Shown one piece after another: positions 37,701 to 48,600 of a stretch of DNA of 64,000 nt. Origin of the DNA: Podarcis liolepis (lineage: Eukaryota); the NCBI GenBank assembly GCA_965112155.1, contig OZ218103.1. One strand, given 5' to 3'. A program made the translations under genes and the position numbers. The notes beneath the pieces are model-generated. The model had not been told where the DNA came from and did not search any database. It saw only the letters and a program-made list of their open reading frames with translations. Position 1 is the stretch's first letter, and each line of letters opens with the position of its first letter.

Positions 37701-40700
37701 CTGGATCTGACTTAAAGAGTTCCCTAGTTTCTCATTAAAGTCTTTTGTCTCTGATTTCCAGGCAGAGCTAGGTTTTCTGCTGGCTCTGATGCGTTCAAAA
37801 ATTATTCTTTTTTCATTTTTGAAATACCTAAATGTATCCAAATGCTATACACAGAGTAAAGCAAAGACAGTCTGAGCCCACAAGCTTACAATGTAAAAGA
37901 CACAACACAAAAACAAAAAAGGGGGAAGGAAGGGAAGAGAAAAATAAGGAAACTTGGGGACCAGTTCTTAGTTAGTTTTTATAACCATCAGTTTCATTGG
38001 AAACGATTCAGGGGAGGAACTTGCCAAATGGCAGCTGGTCTCTTAGCTGAATTGATAGCCCTCTTTCTGTGCTGCAGTCAAGTGCCAAAAATTGTTAGGT
38101 TCCCTTGCCCTCCAGGTTGATGCCGGTTTAAAACCAGGTTCATTTCGTTTGCTGGATGTATCGGCTTTTGTTGGATTATTTCCAGGTTACTTAACTGATA
38201 GAGGCCATTTCTATGGCCTTGAGCTTTTCTTGATTTCAAGTCATGATTTGTTCAGCACTGAAAATGTTTTGGAGTCAGTTCTTAATGCCTGGGACATCAG
38301 TGTATGTATGCATTGTGGTAGTACATCACCACAAAATGGTCTCCAGGGAAGAAGAATGCACTCTTTGCAAAAATTAATGAAATAAATCTATGGCAGACAC
38401 TCATTTTTAAGAGAGTCACTATCTTCTGAACATCCTCAGAGCAGGGCTGTTCTGTTACTTTTGTCTGCTCCATCCATTTCAGAACGTGCTTTTCCTTTCT
38501 TTTTGTGCTCAGAGCAGCTGATTCCTACCTTAATTTTCCAAAACTGTCATCGGTTTTGAAAAATTTAAATTGATGCTTGCAGCACCGATATCAATTTGTA
38601 TGTATAAAATACTTTATATAGTAAAGAGATTATTATTTTTTGCCAAATAGCAGGAGGGATGCATAAAGAGCAGAGTCAGAGATATAAAGGTACTTTGTAA
38701 GTCTAATGTCTGTTTTATCCATGTGTAATGAGATGTGCTGGGGCATTTTTTCTTTTTTGAAAAGCTATTTCTGCTTTCCACATGATAACTGCAACACTAT
38801 CAGGGTTTTTCAGTGTGAATACAAAAATATGTAAAACTCAGTATTATACAAGCGGCCTGCCCCATTTTTCTGATTTGAACACCGGCCAATATCTTGGGCT
38901 GTGGAAGAAAAGACACGTCATATTATTCTGACTTGCATAATTCATGCAGCCGATTATTGCATTCCAAGATGCCATTTGGTCATTACATGACTAGATATCA
39001 TTCTTGTAGTTTATGTCACATTCCCCCCCCAAAAAAATCTCTCATTAAAAACATATGTTTATGCATCATTTTTTATGTCTGAGAAGACCAAGTATAATAA
39101 AACTTAAAAATGAATATGATAGTTAGATGACACACCTTCCACATGACCTTGAAGTGTGCTTTGTCTATCTAGTGCATCTGGGCCACAGCTATTGACAGTA
39201 TCTTGGATTAAATGCATTTTTTCCCCTCTGTGAAGAGGTTTGCTCATGTTTGTTGATCTGTTTGGCATATTTTGGAGCTGTTTATTGTGCAAACACTTCT
39301 TTGCAGCACATCAGTGTAACGCAGTGTGAAGAAATCCTGTTTATTTGAATTAAGCTGTAATGGGTATTGTGTAATGTGTTCTGACATTTGTATCGTACTG
39401 TGCATTGTAATGTATTCGATGTAGGAAGTTTTCTGTCTGGTCTGGTGAAAACTAGTTTTAACTGTTGCATGGGGCCTTAACTGACAGCCGAGAGAGAATC
39501 CTTAGTATTCGGGAGGGAGGGAGAGAGAGTATGCATATTTTGTTTGCTGGGTGCAAGCTTGGAATTTTCAGTTAGACAGTATGATTGGATGGAGCTGGAC
39601 TTGAGTGGCCAGACTAAATGTGTGCAATATTGTTAGTTAATTGAAAACTGGAGTGGGCTGGAGACTTGGAGTTAAGGGAGTGAAGGAAGACGGAATGCCT
39701 TGTTGGCTGATAACTTGCTGTGGGTAGCTGAATCACTTGGCTTAGGCTGAGGAGGAAAAGGGAGAACCTGAACGTTGGTCTCTGGTGACTGGCAGGAGAG
39801 GGCAGATTTCCAGGGCAATGCAGCAAAAGAAATCTCTTCAATAGGTCAGTAAAGGGTTGGATGAAGAGGCTTCCAACAGAGTCCTCCATAATAGTGTTAA
39901 CTGGGGTGGAGAGAATACAAAAGCAATTTGGCTAAAGGGCTTTAATCATAGAACTCTAGAGTTGGAAGGGACCATGAGGGTCATCTAGTCCAACCCCCTG
40001 CAATGCAAGCATCTCTTTTGCCCAATGTGGGGCTTGAACCCACAACCCTGAGATTAAGAGTCTCTTACTCTACTGACTGAGCTATCCAATTTACTGTTCC
40101 TTTAAAGCTTAGCTGGATATAAGAGATTGGTATTTAAAGTGACAGTAAGAAGTTTAAAAAGTATAATCTAAAGATAAAGGGCTATTTTTGAAGTAACCAG
40201 AAAAACTTTTGCACATAATAATTGTATAATAAATAAATGTAATTATCTCTGTTAATTATCTGTATCTGACCGCTTTGTACCATGCCTGTACCCCATAGTT
40301 AAGAAATATTGGTAAGTTAAGGATTCAAAGGAAATAAGTGAGACTGAATGGTGGCAAGGCCTGGGTTTAGAATTTGCCATTGACATGGGATTTGGGTTTT
40401 GTCATTTTTGAGTAAGTAAGAAAATGCCCCCTTCCCTCAACAGACAGCTTCATTTCTTCACAGTATACTCAGGACTTTTGGGTTGATATGTGAAAGAGCT
40501 GAAGCTTAGATAGGTTTTTGCTCAAGGATGAGCTTCTGATTGTATTTTAACTCAGTGACTCTGTTGGAATAGATATGAAGAACAAAACTAGTTTGCATTT
40601 TAAAATGTAATGTCTTCCTCTACAACACTGGTAATATAAAATTTCTGTTCAATGGAAGTGTTGTTTACACTCTAGGAATAATTTCACTGTACTTTTGTAC

Positions 40701-42902
40701 TCTTGCAGATTTCTGATCCAGTGACCTGCGATGAAATGTTTGAGAGTTTAGCCAAAATCCATACCAATTACTATAAAAACAAGGTAAGTCCTATCACTGT
40801 GACCAGGTACCCAGTGTTAGAATCTGACAGCTGCCTCTGGGATGTGTTTTGTAATCCTGATACTAAGACCCTTCTGATTTATCTTTAGCAGGGGAAGCCA
40901 ACATGGCACCTTCGGGATGTTGTTTGACTCCAGCTCCCATCAGCCCTAGCCAGCATGTCCAATAAAATCATAGAATTGTAAAGTTGGAAGGTACCATAAG
41001 GGTCATCTAGTCCAACCCCCTGATAATTATCCCATTATCAAGGTTAATGGGAGTTGAAGTCCAATAACATCCAGAGGGCACCATATTATCTACCACAGTG
41101 TCTTTGCTTTTTCTTGAGCAAGCCAGTTCACCTTTTACTGTGTAAATTGGAGTGGCAAACCTGTGGCTCTCCTAGTGTTAATAAGACTACAATTGCCCCA
41201 ATCCGTCGCTACTGGCTATGCTTGCTGGGGTTGATGGGAATTGTAGTCTTGCATTTAGAGGACCATGTTAGCCATCCCTTTTTCAGAAATGCATGAAAAA
41301 TATATATGAAACAGCAGTGAACATGTTCGTGCTATAGCATTTAGCAAATTTACTTCAGCATACAATATTGATGTCATATGAGAAGAAAGATTAAGAGAAC
41401 ATTGTTCTCAGGGGAAGCAGGAGGCTGCTATATTTATATATTTTTTTCTTTTTGTTTGCATAGTATCCACGTTTGAAAGATACAAGCTTTACTGGGGTGA
41501 CAGTTGAAGAATGCAAGCTAGTCCTTGCAACAGGTATTTGAGCAAACTATACTTTATCCATTTACTGTTCTGTATCTGGTTGGCTAAAATGATTCAGCTG
41601 CCCTTTACATCCCCCCTGCTTTGCGCACAGGAGTTTCCTCCCTCCCTCCTTCCCATAAATAGCCTTCCCATGAGCAAAACATTATGCAAAAGCTGTTTGT
41701 AATGCACCAGTTGTATTCAGTCTTTAATGTTAGTGCTAAGAGTAACACGTTACTTGAGGAATGTGGCACACTATGATAAATGGATTTTGTGTCCCAAAAA
41801 GTTGAGCTTAGTCTAGGAAATAGATGCAAGTGGGACTCGCAATTTCTCACTCCCTAACAGCTGTTCAAGGTGCCAGCCATTCCTTCTCTTGCAAGCTGCA
41901 TGGGCTGCCAAGGAGGGGTGCTGCCTCTTGGTTTTTTTTACAATAATAATTTGTACTATTGAATACTTCAGGGTCTACCTGACCGTGCTAATACTGCTCT
42001 CTTGCTGCTCATCAGCCCTGTTTTGCCTCCAATCCTTTCAGTACAGAATTGGGGTTTTCAGCGTTTAATTGCCCTGCGTTTGAGACACACAAGTCTGAAG
42101 AAGGGAGTGTGTGTTCCCAGAGCTAATTAGCCTCAAATTAAGACTCCCGGTCACTCCCACAATAGACATCAGTAATCAACTGATTTTGTTGCTTTCCATT
42201 CATCCTGCATTTGTGGTTTCTGCTTGGGAACAAGATATACGATAAAGAACAGTCTAAATTAACCTGTGTAGAAGCTGCTTTCTCTGCTTGGTTTCACTTT
42301 TTACAGTTCAAGAGTTTTCTATTATACTATGATTTATCTAAGCTAACTGTATCGAGACAAACAGCCTTTATAGAAACAGTAAATTTAAACATTCCTGAAG
42401 TGTCCTGAAGCTAAATAGCAGTCTTATGTTCTGGCTGCAGTGCATAGAAAATGCTAGTCTTTGCTGGCTCCACATGTACTGTTCTAAGGAGAGCAGGTCT
42501 GCCCCGGGCAGCAAAACATAAACTTATTGAGATGGAAACGAATGGTTGTTTCACACCTTATGGTTTTTAGAGTGTACTTTAAATGGAGTGGTTGGACATG
42601 ATTAATGTGAGTGTTCAGGTATGTGAACTGCACAGGCACATGTGCCAGGGAACTAGGACTGGCTGTGGCTTTCTGTCACATGTATACATGATGGCAAACA
42701 TGCATCTATCACCATGTTACTGTTTAAGCAGCCTCTTAAAGAAAATTGTTTTTATAATGAAAACCCTATTATTATTTTTTGTCTTTTCTGACTTCCTCTT
42801 AATGCAGCTAGCTTGAAGCAGATGGAAGAAGCAAAGAAAGGAAAATGGACAAAGTTACGTGAGAAATTTTCTGCCAAGAATCCTGAAGAAGATTCCAAAT
42901 GA
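34508..42902 (+). CDS. UQCC2: Ubiquinol-cytochrome c reductase complex assembly factor 2, complete spliced CDS: join(34508-34645,40709-40783,41464-41533,42808-42902), 125 aa
   Basis: Translation [28 protein letters not shown]...AFREGENTQ|[25 protein letters not shown]|[23 protein letters not shown]|[31 protein letters not shown] is recognisable UQCC2; exons of 138/75/70/95 nt are in frame. Confidence 0.96.
34742..35035. mobile_element. hAT-like MITE
   Basis: AGGGTGGCCACCC / GGGGTGGCAGCCCCT termini, subterminal AATACAGG/CCTGTATT, 7/8 TSD GCGTGTTT/GTGTGTTT. Confidence 0.55.
35064..35458. mobile_element. hAT-like non-autonomous element
   Basis: Imperfect TIR CAGGGTCGGATTTA / TAAATCTGGCACTG with subterminal GGGCCC motifs; the TSD is degraded. 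Confidence 0.6.
35521..35737. mobile_element. Tigger/pogo-like MITE (second family)
   Basis: TAGTCATACCTTGGAAGCC / GGCTTCTAAGGTACAACTG termini, TA on both sides. Confidence 0.7.
37232..37451 (-). mobile_element. Tigger/pogo-like MITE
   Basis: Reverse-complement copy of 18546-18779, TA TSD. Confidence 0.9.
39944..40087 (-). mobile_element. tRNA(Lys)-like-head SINE with CR1-type tail
   Basis: Reverse-complement homologue of 26353-26487, with a more complete tail. Confidence 0.82.
40709..40783 (+). CDS. UQCC2: UQCC2 exon 2
   Basis: ttgcag| acceptor, AAG|gtaagt donor, 75 nt. Confidence 0.95.
41464..41533 (+). CDS. UQCC2: UQCC2 exon 3
   Basis: T-rich tract plus catag| acceptor, CAG|gtattt donor, 70 nt. 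Confidence 0.93.
42808..42902 (+). CDS. UQCC2: UQCC2 exon 4 (coding part)
   Basis: atgcag| acceptor, phase 1; TGA at 42900-42902. Confidence 0.92.
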
Positions 42903-43768
42903 TAACTTTGTGACACTAGCCAATTTTCCTAAAGCTCTATATTTTGCCTCCTTGAAACAGAGGTTTGTTTGTTTCATTTGCTTACCTAGGATGATGTCAG
43001 ACTTTTTAAAGCAAAGATCTGGTTTTGACATCTCATCTCAACCATTTCTATCTCAGGGAACAATGCTTCAGTATTGGGTGAAGCTATTCTGGAATGGGAC
43101 AAGCAAGCCCTTCTTGATTACATTGATTTATAGGAAGATGTTAGAAAGCCTTTAAATATATTGATGTGGTTGCCACTCTTCGGCATGTCTAGGTGTTTGC
43201 ATGTTCTTTAGGGAAAGGTGATATGCTATTGAACACAGCTGGTATGCAGTTGATATGCTGGGCCATCACTGAATTGTATTTCATGGCTTTTTAGAATTCA
43301 GAATATTCCCAAACAAATACAGGCACTATAGCACACAGATGTGTGGTCTTGTGTGTTTTACTGGAATGCCACCACTTATTCAAGGAAGGCACAACTGCCA
43401 TATGTTGGTGCAAAATTGTTGCAGCAGAGCACTCATTTTCAACCTATTTGTTCTGTAGAATACCAGTTTTTGCTGTTAAAAAAATGGGCAATAGTAGACA
43501 AGTTTCTAAAAACAAATGGTTCACCATAATCTGCCCCTGCAATACAAGCAACATCTGTTCTCCTCTAGAATGAGAAAACAGTTAGGGCCAGTAGATATTC
43601 CAGCATTCTGTGCAAACATGGAATTCACCCTAGAATGAGCCTAGGAACACCCTGGAGTCTTGTGGCAAGATTAGTCGGGCTAGTCAGAGCATTTCATGAA
43701 AACCTACCGAAAAGGATATGTATGAAATATTTGCTTAAATAGCTTCAGTATCAAGCAGAATCCAACTA

Positions 43769-44010
43769 CAGTGGTACCTTGGGTTACATACGCTTCAGGT
43801 TACATACGATTCAGGTTACAGACTCCGCTAACCCAGAAATAGTGCTTCAGGTTAAGAGCTTTGCTTCAGGATGAGAACAGAAATCCTGCTCCAGCGGCAC
43901 GGCAGCACCAGGAGGCCCCATTAGCTAAAGTGGTGCTTCAGGTTAAGAACAGTTTCAGGTTAAGTACGGACCTCCGGAATGAATTAAGCACTTAACCCGA
44001 GGTACCACTG
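43769..44010 (+). mobile_element. Tigger/pogo-like MITE
   Basis: Same family as 18546-18779, TA TSD. Confidence 0.9.
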
Positions 44011-44114
44011 TAATCCAACAGATCTTTAAAAAATCTGCTCAGTCATGTTAATGTCCGACAAGTTTGTAGCTTTACCAACAAGCATATCAAGAGGTGATTC
44101 CTTCTCCCTTCCAT

Positions 44115-44120
44115 TTTATT
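44115..44120 (-). terminator. Candidate ITPR3 polyadenylation signal AATAAA (alternative at 44422-44427)
   Basis: TTTATT on the + strand, 1.1-1.4 kb downstream of the ITPR3 stop. Confidence 0.45.
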
Positions 44121-45539
44121 GTATTTGGTTGTGTTTGTGTTAACTTAAGGAAGTTACCACATTAAAACTTAAAACAATATTTGTAAAATATTCCAGAGCA
44201 AGACCAATTGCAAAGCTGCACTCTTGATTAATGAAATCTTTTCCCCGCCCCCCTTCAACCTGCACTGTAATATGTACCTTCGAGGAACACCCTGCTTGGG
44301 TCAGAAAGGAATGGAAAAGCATATGGAGGCTGGAACAAGGAACTGTCATCATCTCTCCCTAATCATCTCCCTCTAGCGGCCACTCTCACAGTTAGACAAA
44401 CCTATACCTAATGTACTTCGTTTTATTTACAGTTGAGTTGTAGCCTGGCTGTTGAAGTTGAACTTGCAATGCTTCTAAATGGTTGGGGAAAAACTCTGGG
44501 GCAGTGTATGTTGATTAGGGAAATTCTAAAACAGCCTTTCGCAGTGTGGTGCCCTCCAGTTCACACCAGCCCTAGCCAGCATAGCAGGGCTGATACAGGT
44601 GTAGTTAATTTACATCTCAGGACTTTTATAATGCACTCTTTTTCTCTCTCCATCCTTCTCCCCAAACCTGTTTTCTTACACTAACTAACTAATGACCCTT
44701 CAATGTCCATTCTGATGATGGTTGAAATATTACTGCTACCTTGCATTAGCCAACTGAAATAATCCAGTTCTACCACCTTTTAACCTTCCCAGAAGCAGGC
44801 TAACGCCCAAGTGTGTACTGTCTTCTAACCTATTGTGTGGGCGAGAGGGGGAAGAGATTGCTCTTTCACAGTGCAGCACAAACATGCAATCTTCCGCTAA
44901 CGCTGATAAAAGTCTCTCCATGGAACAAAATGCCATTGCATTTCTCAACAATAGAATCTGCCGCTCATCTTCAGTCGAAGTGTTAAGCTAATAGTAGATT
45001 TTCTTAGTTTCTTCTTGGGTTAGATAGGATTCTAGAGATGAAGAAAAATGCCAGTGACTCCAGGAAAACTGAGATGACAAGCTTGTAAAGAGAGATCCAT
45101 GTATGTTGAATTTCATGGACTCTGTTAAAATAAGTTAAAATATAGCAACTACTACTTGCTAGTAACAGTGTCAATCCTATTTGCACCTGGCTGCGAAGCC
45201 ATCAAAATGTAGTGCATGGAGACAGATAACCCATGTTATAGCAACAGAGCTATCATAAGGAGCAGCAAAGCTCCCAAATGTATGGTAAACTATGAATCCG
45301 CACAAAGCGACAAATCATACTAGTTGTCAGCTTCAGGTCTCTCTCTTGAATAAAATGCAATCAGCCCTACTGGAGATGAACAGAAGGTGGTGCCGGAATG
45401 CCAAAATATGAATCATCATGACATGAATCGGCTTTCTTTGATGGATGAGATCTGTGCTGGCAACCTAGTACCAAATATCCTTCTCAGGAAGTGCATATGT
45501 AAAGTAGAGTTTTAGCTTGGTGAAGTTGATTCTGCTGTC

Positions 45540-45608
45540 TCAGTGGTTCAGACTGTTCTGGACATCCACAAAGCCCATCCGCTGCCTTCGCTTCCTTTGC
45601 TCTGTCAT
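45540..45608 (-). CDS. ITPR3: ITPR3 last exon, coding part ([22 protein letters not shown])
   Basis: ttccag| acceptor; TGA at 45542-45540. Confidence 0.95.
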   Translation of the reverse strand: MTEQRKRRQRMGFVDVQNSLNH

Positions 45609-48600
45609 CTGGAATATAAAAACAGGGGATTTAAAAGATGGTTTTCATTTCTTCAGTTGAATTCACAACACCATTCTTTTATCAAATTTACAAGTGTTCT
45701 CTGCCACAAACCCCTGCATGTTGAAGCTTATGAGGTCTTTCGTTGGGTGTACTCAGCTAACTGGCATTACTCGTGTAGAAATGTACCCACACTTCCCTGA
45801 CCTACATGTTGTAGAGCAGGGAGTGGGGTAACCTTCAGCCACAGGCCAGGGGTGCCAAATTGAATAAAATATGGGCGAGGGGCAAGTAAGCCCCACCCCA
45901 ATTAATTACAAGACGCTGCAGACACACACTATTTGAATGGCAATGCGTATCAACTGGGGGCGGGTTGCTTAAAAATGGCAGGGGGGGTTAAGCTGCCCAT
46001 TCATCAGCACAGAGAATTCAATCCATAGTTGCTCTCTCCCGCTTTGCCTGTGGGCCAACTATGACAGATGGGTGGTCCTGTTGTGTGGGGGAAATGAAGA
46101 TGTGGCCCATAAAGGTTTTCCACCCCCATTGTAGAAAGAGATCAGTTAAGGCAGATGGTATCTTTGGGACAGTGCATCCTCTACTGCTGATCTTTTGGGG
46201 GCAACCTGCTATTCGCTTTCACCAAATAAGAGTTCTTTGCAGAACAGCATTTGAAAAGACTTGAACGGTGGCAATAGCTACGAGTTGGATTGTGTGCTTG
46301 GATTATACGAGAGGAATAGTTTGAATCTCAGGGCTGGCAAAGGCTAGCTATTTGCCACATTGTGAATTGTAATCATAACGTTTTACTTATTTATTTTGAC
46401 AGTTATTAAGCATGCCCTCTGGACAGCCTACACAAAATTCAAAGCAATAAGATACCTTTGTATTTCTACAGATGTTGCCAGGGCTGCCCTTTGCTTCATA
46501 TAAAAGCAATTGCATTCAGACAACAGGATTTTTTACCCCCAGAGAGCATTATTTAGTTGAAGGGTTAGCAAATGTGGTCTAATTTTATGACATCCAAAAG
46601 TTCCAAAAAGGCGCTACTTCTCTTAGTTCATTCCCTTAGTCCCTCCCCAAAGCACCCCGTTCTTAAAGTTCTTAAAGTTTCTCATACCTGCTCCTTCAGC
46701 TCATTCAGCTGTGATGTGAGATGGGATACCAATTTCATGGTGGAATTCAGTTTATCCTGTAGACACCGGATCTCGTTCTGCTCCCCTTCACCTTCGTTGC
46801 TGACCAGTGACATGGCTCGCATCCGAGGGAACCAGTCTAGGTTCTTGTTCTGGAACAGCCATTGCAGGAAACAAGTGTTTTAAGGGAAGGAATAACTAAT
46901 CAGAACAAAAGTAGCCTGGCACCGCAAAACAGGTAGGGCAGAACCTAAGAGAGGGCAGTCAACTGTCAAGATCAAAGACTCTGTTGCTAAGTACTGCCTG
47001 TTGGAGCAAGAGAGAGGAGTTATCCATCCACTGATGGAGGAGTGATTCTGCAATAAAGTTAGAGCACCCAGTGTATTAATAGCACCCCTTCAAAAGCACA
47101 ATACAGAAATTAAAAACCAAGGCAGTCCTTGCTTACAAGCCAGTACAGGTACCAATTCTTGAAGTCACATCCTCTCATACATCTGGCCACTGGCAGAGGC
47201 CAGATTGCAAAACTGAAGGGAAGTAGACCCGGGGCAGCTGACTTTATTTGAGATTATATACATCACACACAGGCTGCCCACTAAAACTGCCTTTTTCCAA
47301 AGTGAAACACTTCCCACCATGCAAGAGTATTGATCGCCTTTACCTTTATCATTTGTGCTACGTAGCTCTCAGGCCCTGTGTAGTCAGTCTTGTTTTTGAC
47401 TCGCACCAGCACTATGAAATACAGGTAATTCCACATGTTGTGTTCAAATTTAATGTGCTCCTCAAAAGATACAGTCTTGTTGTCAAACTTGTCCCTTTCG
47501 AGTCCTAAGGAAGTAATGAAGAAAAGGAGAATGCTAGGTTATCTAGCAACTGCTGCACCCATCCATAAGTCCCATTAAAGAGACTGATTCTGCACGCATT
47601 TTTCTCTACTTGACCTCCACTTGTAGCATACAGAAATATGAACAGCATAAGTTGGTCAGTGGGGTGCTAATGGATGGGTGGTCATGTTCACAGCAGGGAA
47701 CTGGAAGAGAAAGCCTTTGGGGTTCTTCCAATCTAATTTTAGCAGGTCTTGAGCAGAAAATGGCTAGTGCCTAATGTTCACGGCTGAGCAGTTAAATTTC
47801 TAATCAGTGTACCTGTTTTGGATACTTAAAGAAATCTCTAAAATTGAAAACATGCCTTAAAAGAAAAGATGGATGGAGTAGTTTATATCCACTTCAAGAG
47901 GCCTCTTGAAATCTAAACACCAACGTTAACAGTGTAAAATAGGAAAGCTGAGATATTATGCATATTATCTCAAGTGATACTGCACTTCTGCCATTTTGCA
48001 CCCACTGACAGACCATCAGAAGCCAATAAAAATTTGCTTTGAAAGTGAAATTGTGAAAACTTAAATTTGAATGCACTAAGATGGGATACATTTCTGCTGT
48101 GTTTTGGATCCTGTATGTAGACCAATGAATATCTGAAGTACAACATATGTTTGTATTGTGGGCAGTTTCAGCTGCTGCAGTCAAATGAACACCCAAAGCC
48201 TAACTCTCCTTTCTGTCGGGGCCTGCAGAATATCCCCTGAATACTTAGTTTACTTTTGGAGAAGGGGATAGTTCCTCCACCAGATAGGCAATGATCTTGT
48301 TGGATGTTTGCTGAATATATGAGGGTATTTCCTGGATAAATAGTTTCCCTGGGCAATTACCACATATAAAACATGTTGTCTTCAGGATTTCTTCTTTTTT
48401 CTGCTTCTCGCTCCTCAGATCTGCAAAGGTGTCGATGATTACACCAAATATGAGGTTGAGGACTATGATTATGACAATGAAGAAGAACAGGAGGTCGTAG
48501 ATCACTCGAGCAGGGAAAAGAGACTCCTTTAGGACAGAAAGACAAGGACAGCCATTAAAAGAAAGCATGGCTTCTCTTATCCAGTGCTTTGCTGAAAAAT

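Noticed and set aside
39350-40385. Possible LTR-like element interrupted by the SINE at 39944
   Set aside because: Composition is suggestive, but I could not define matching TG..CA termini or a TSD.
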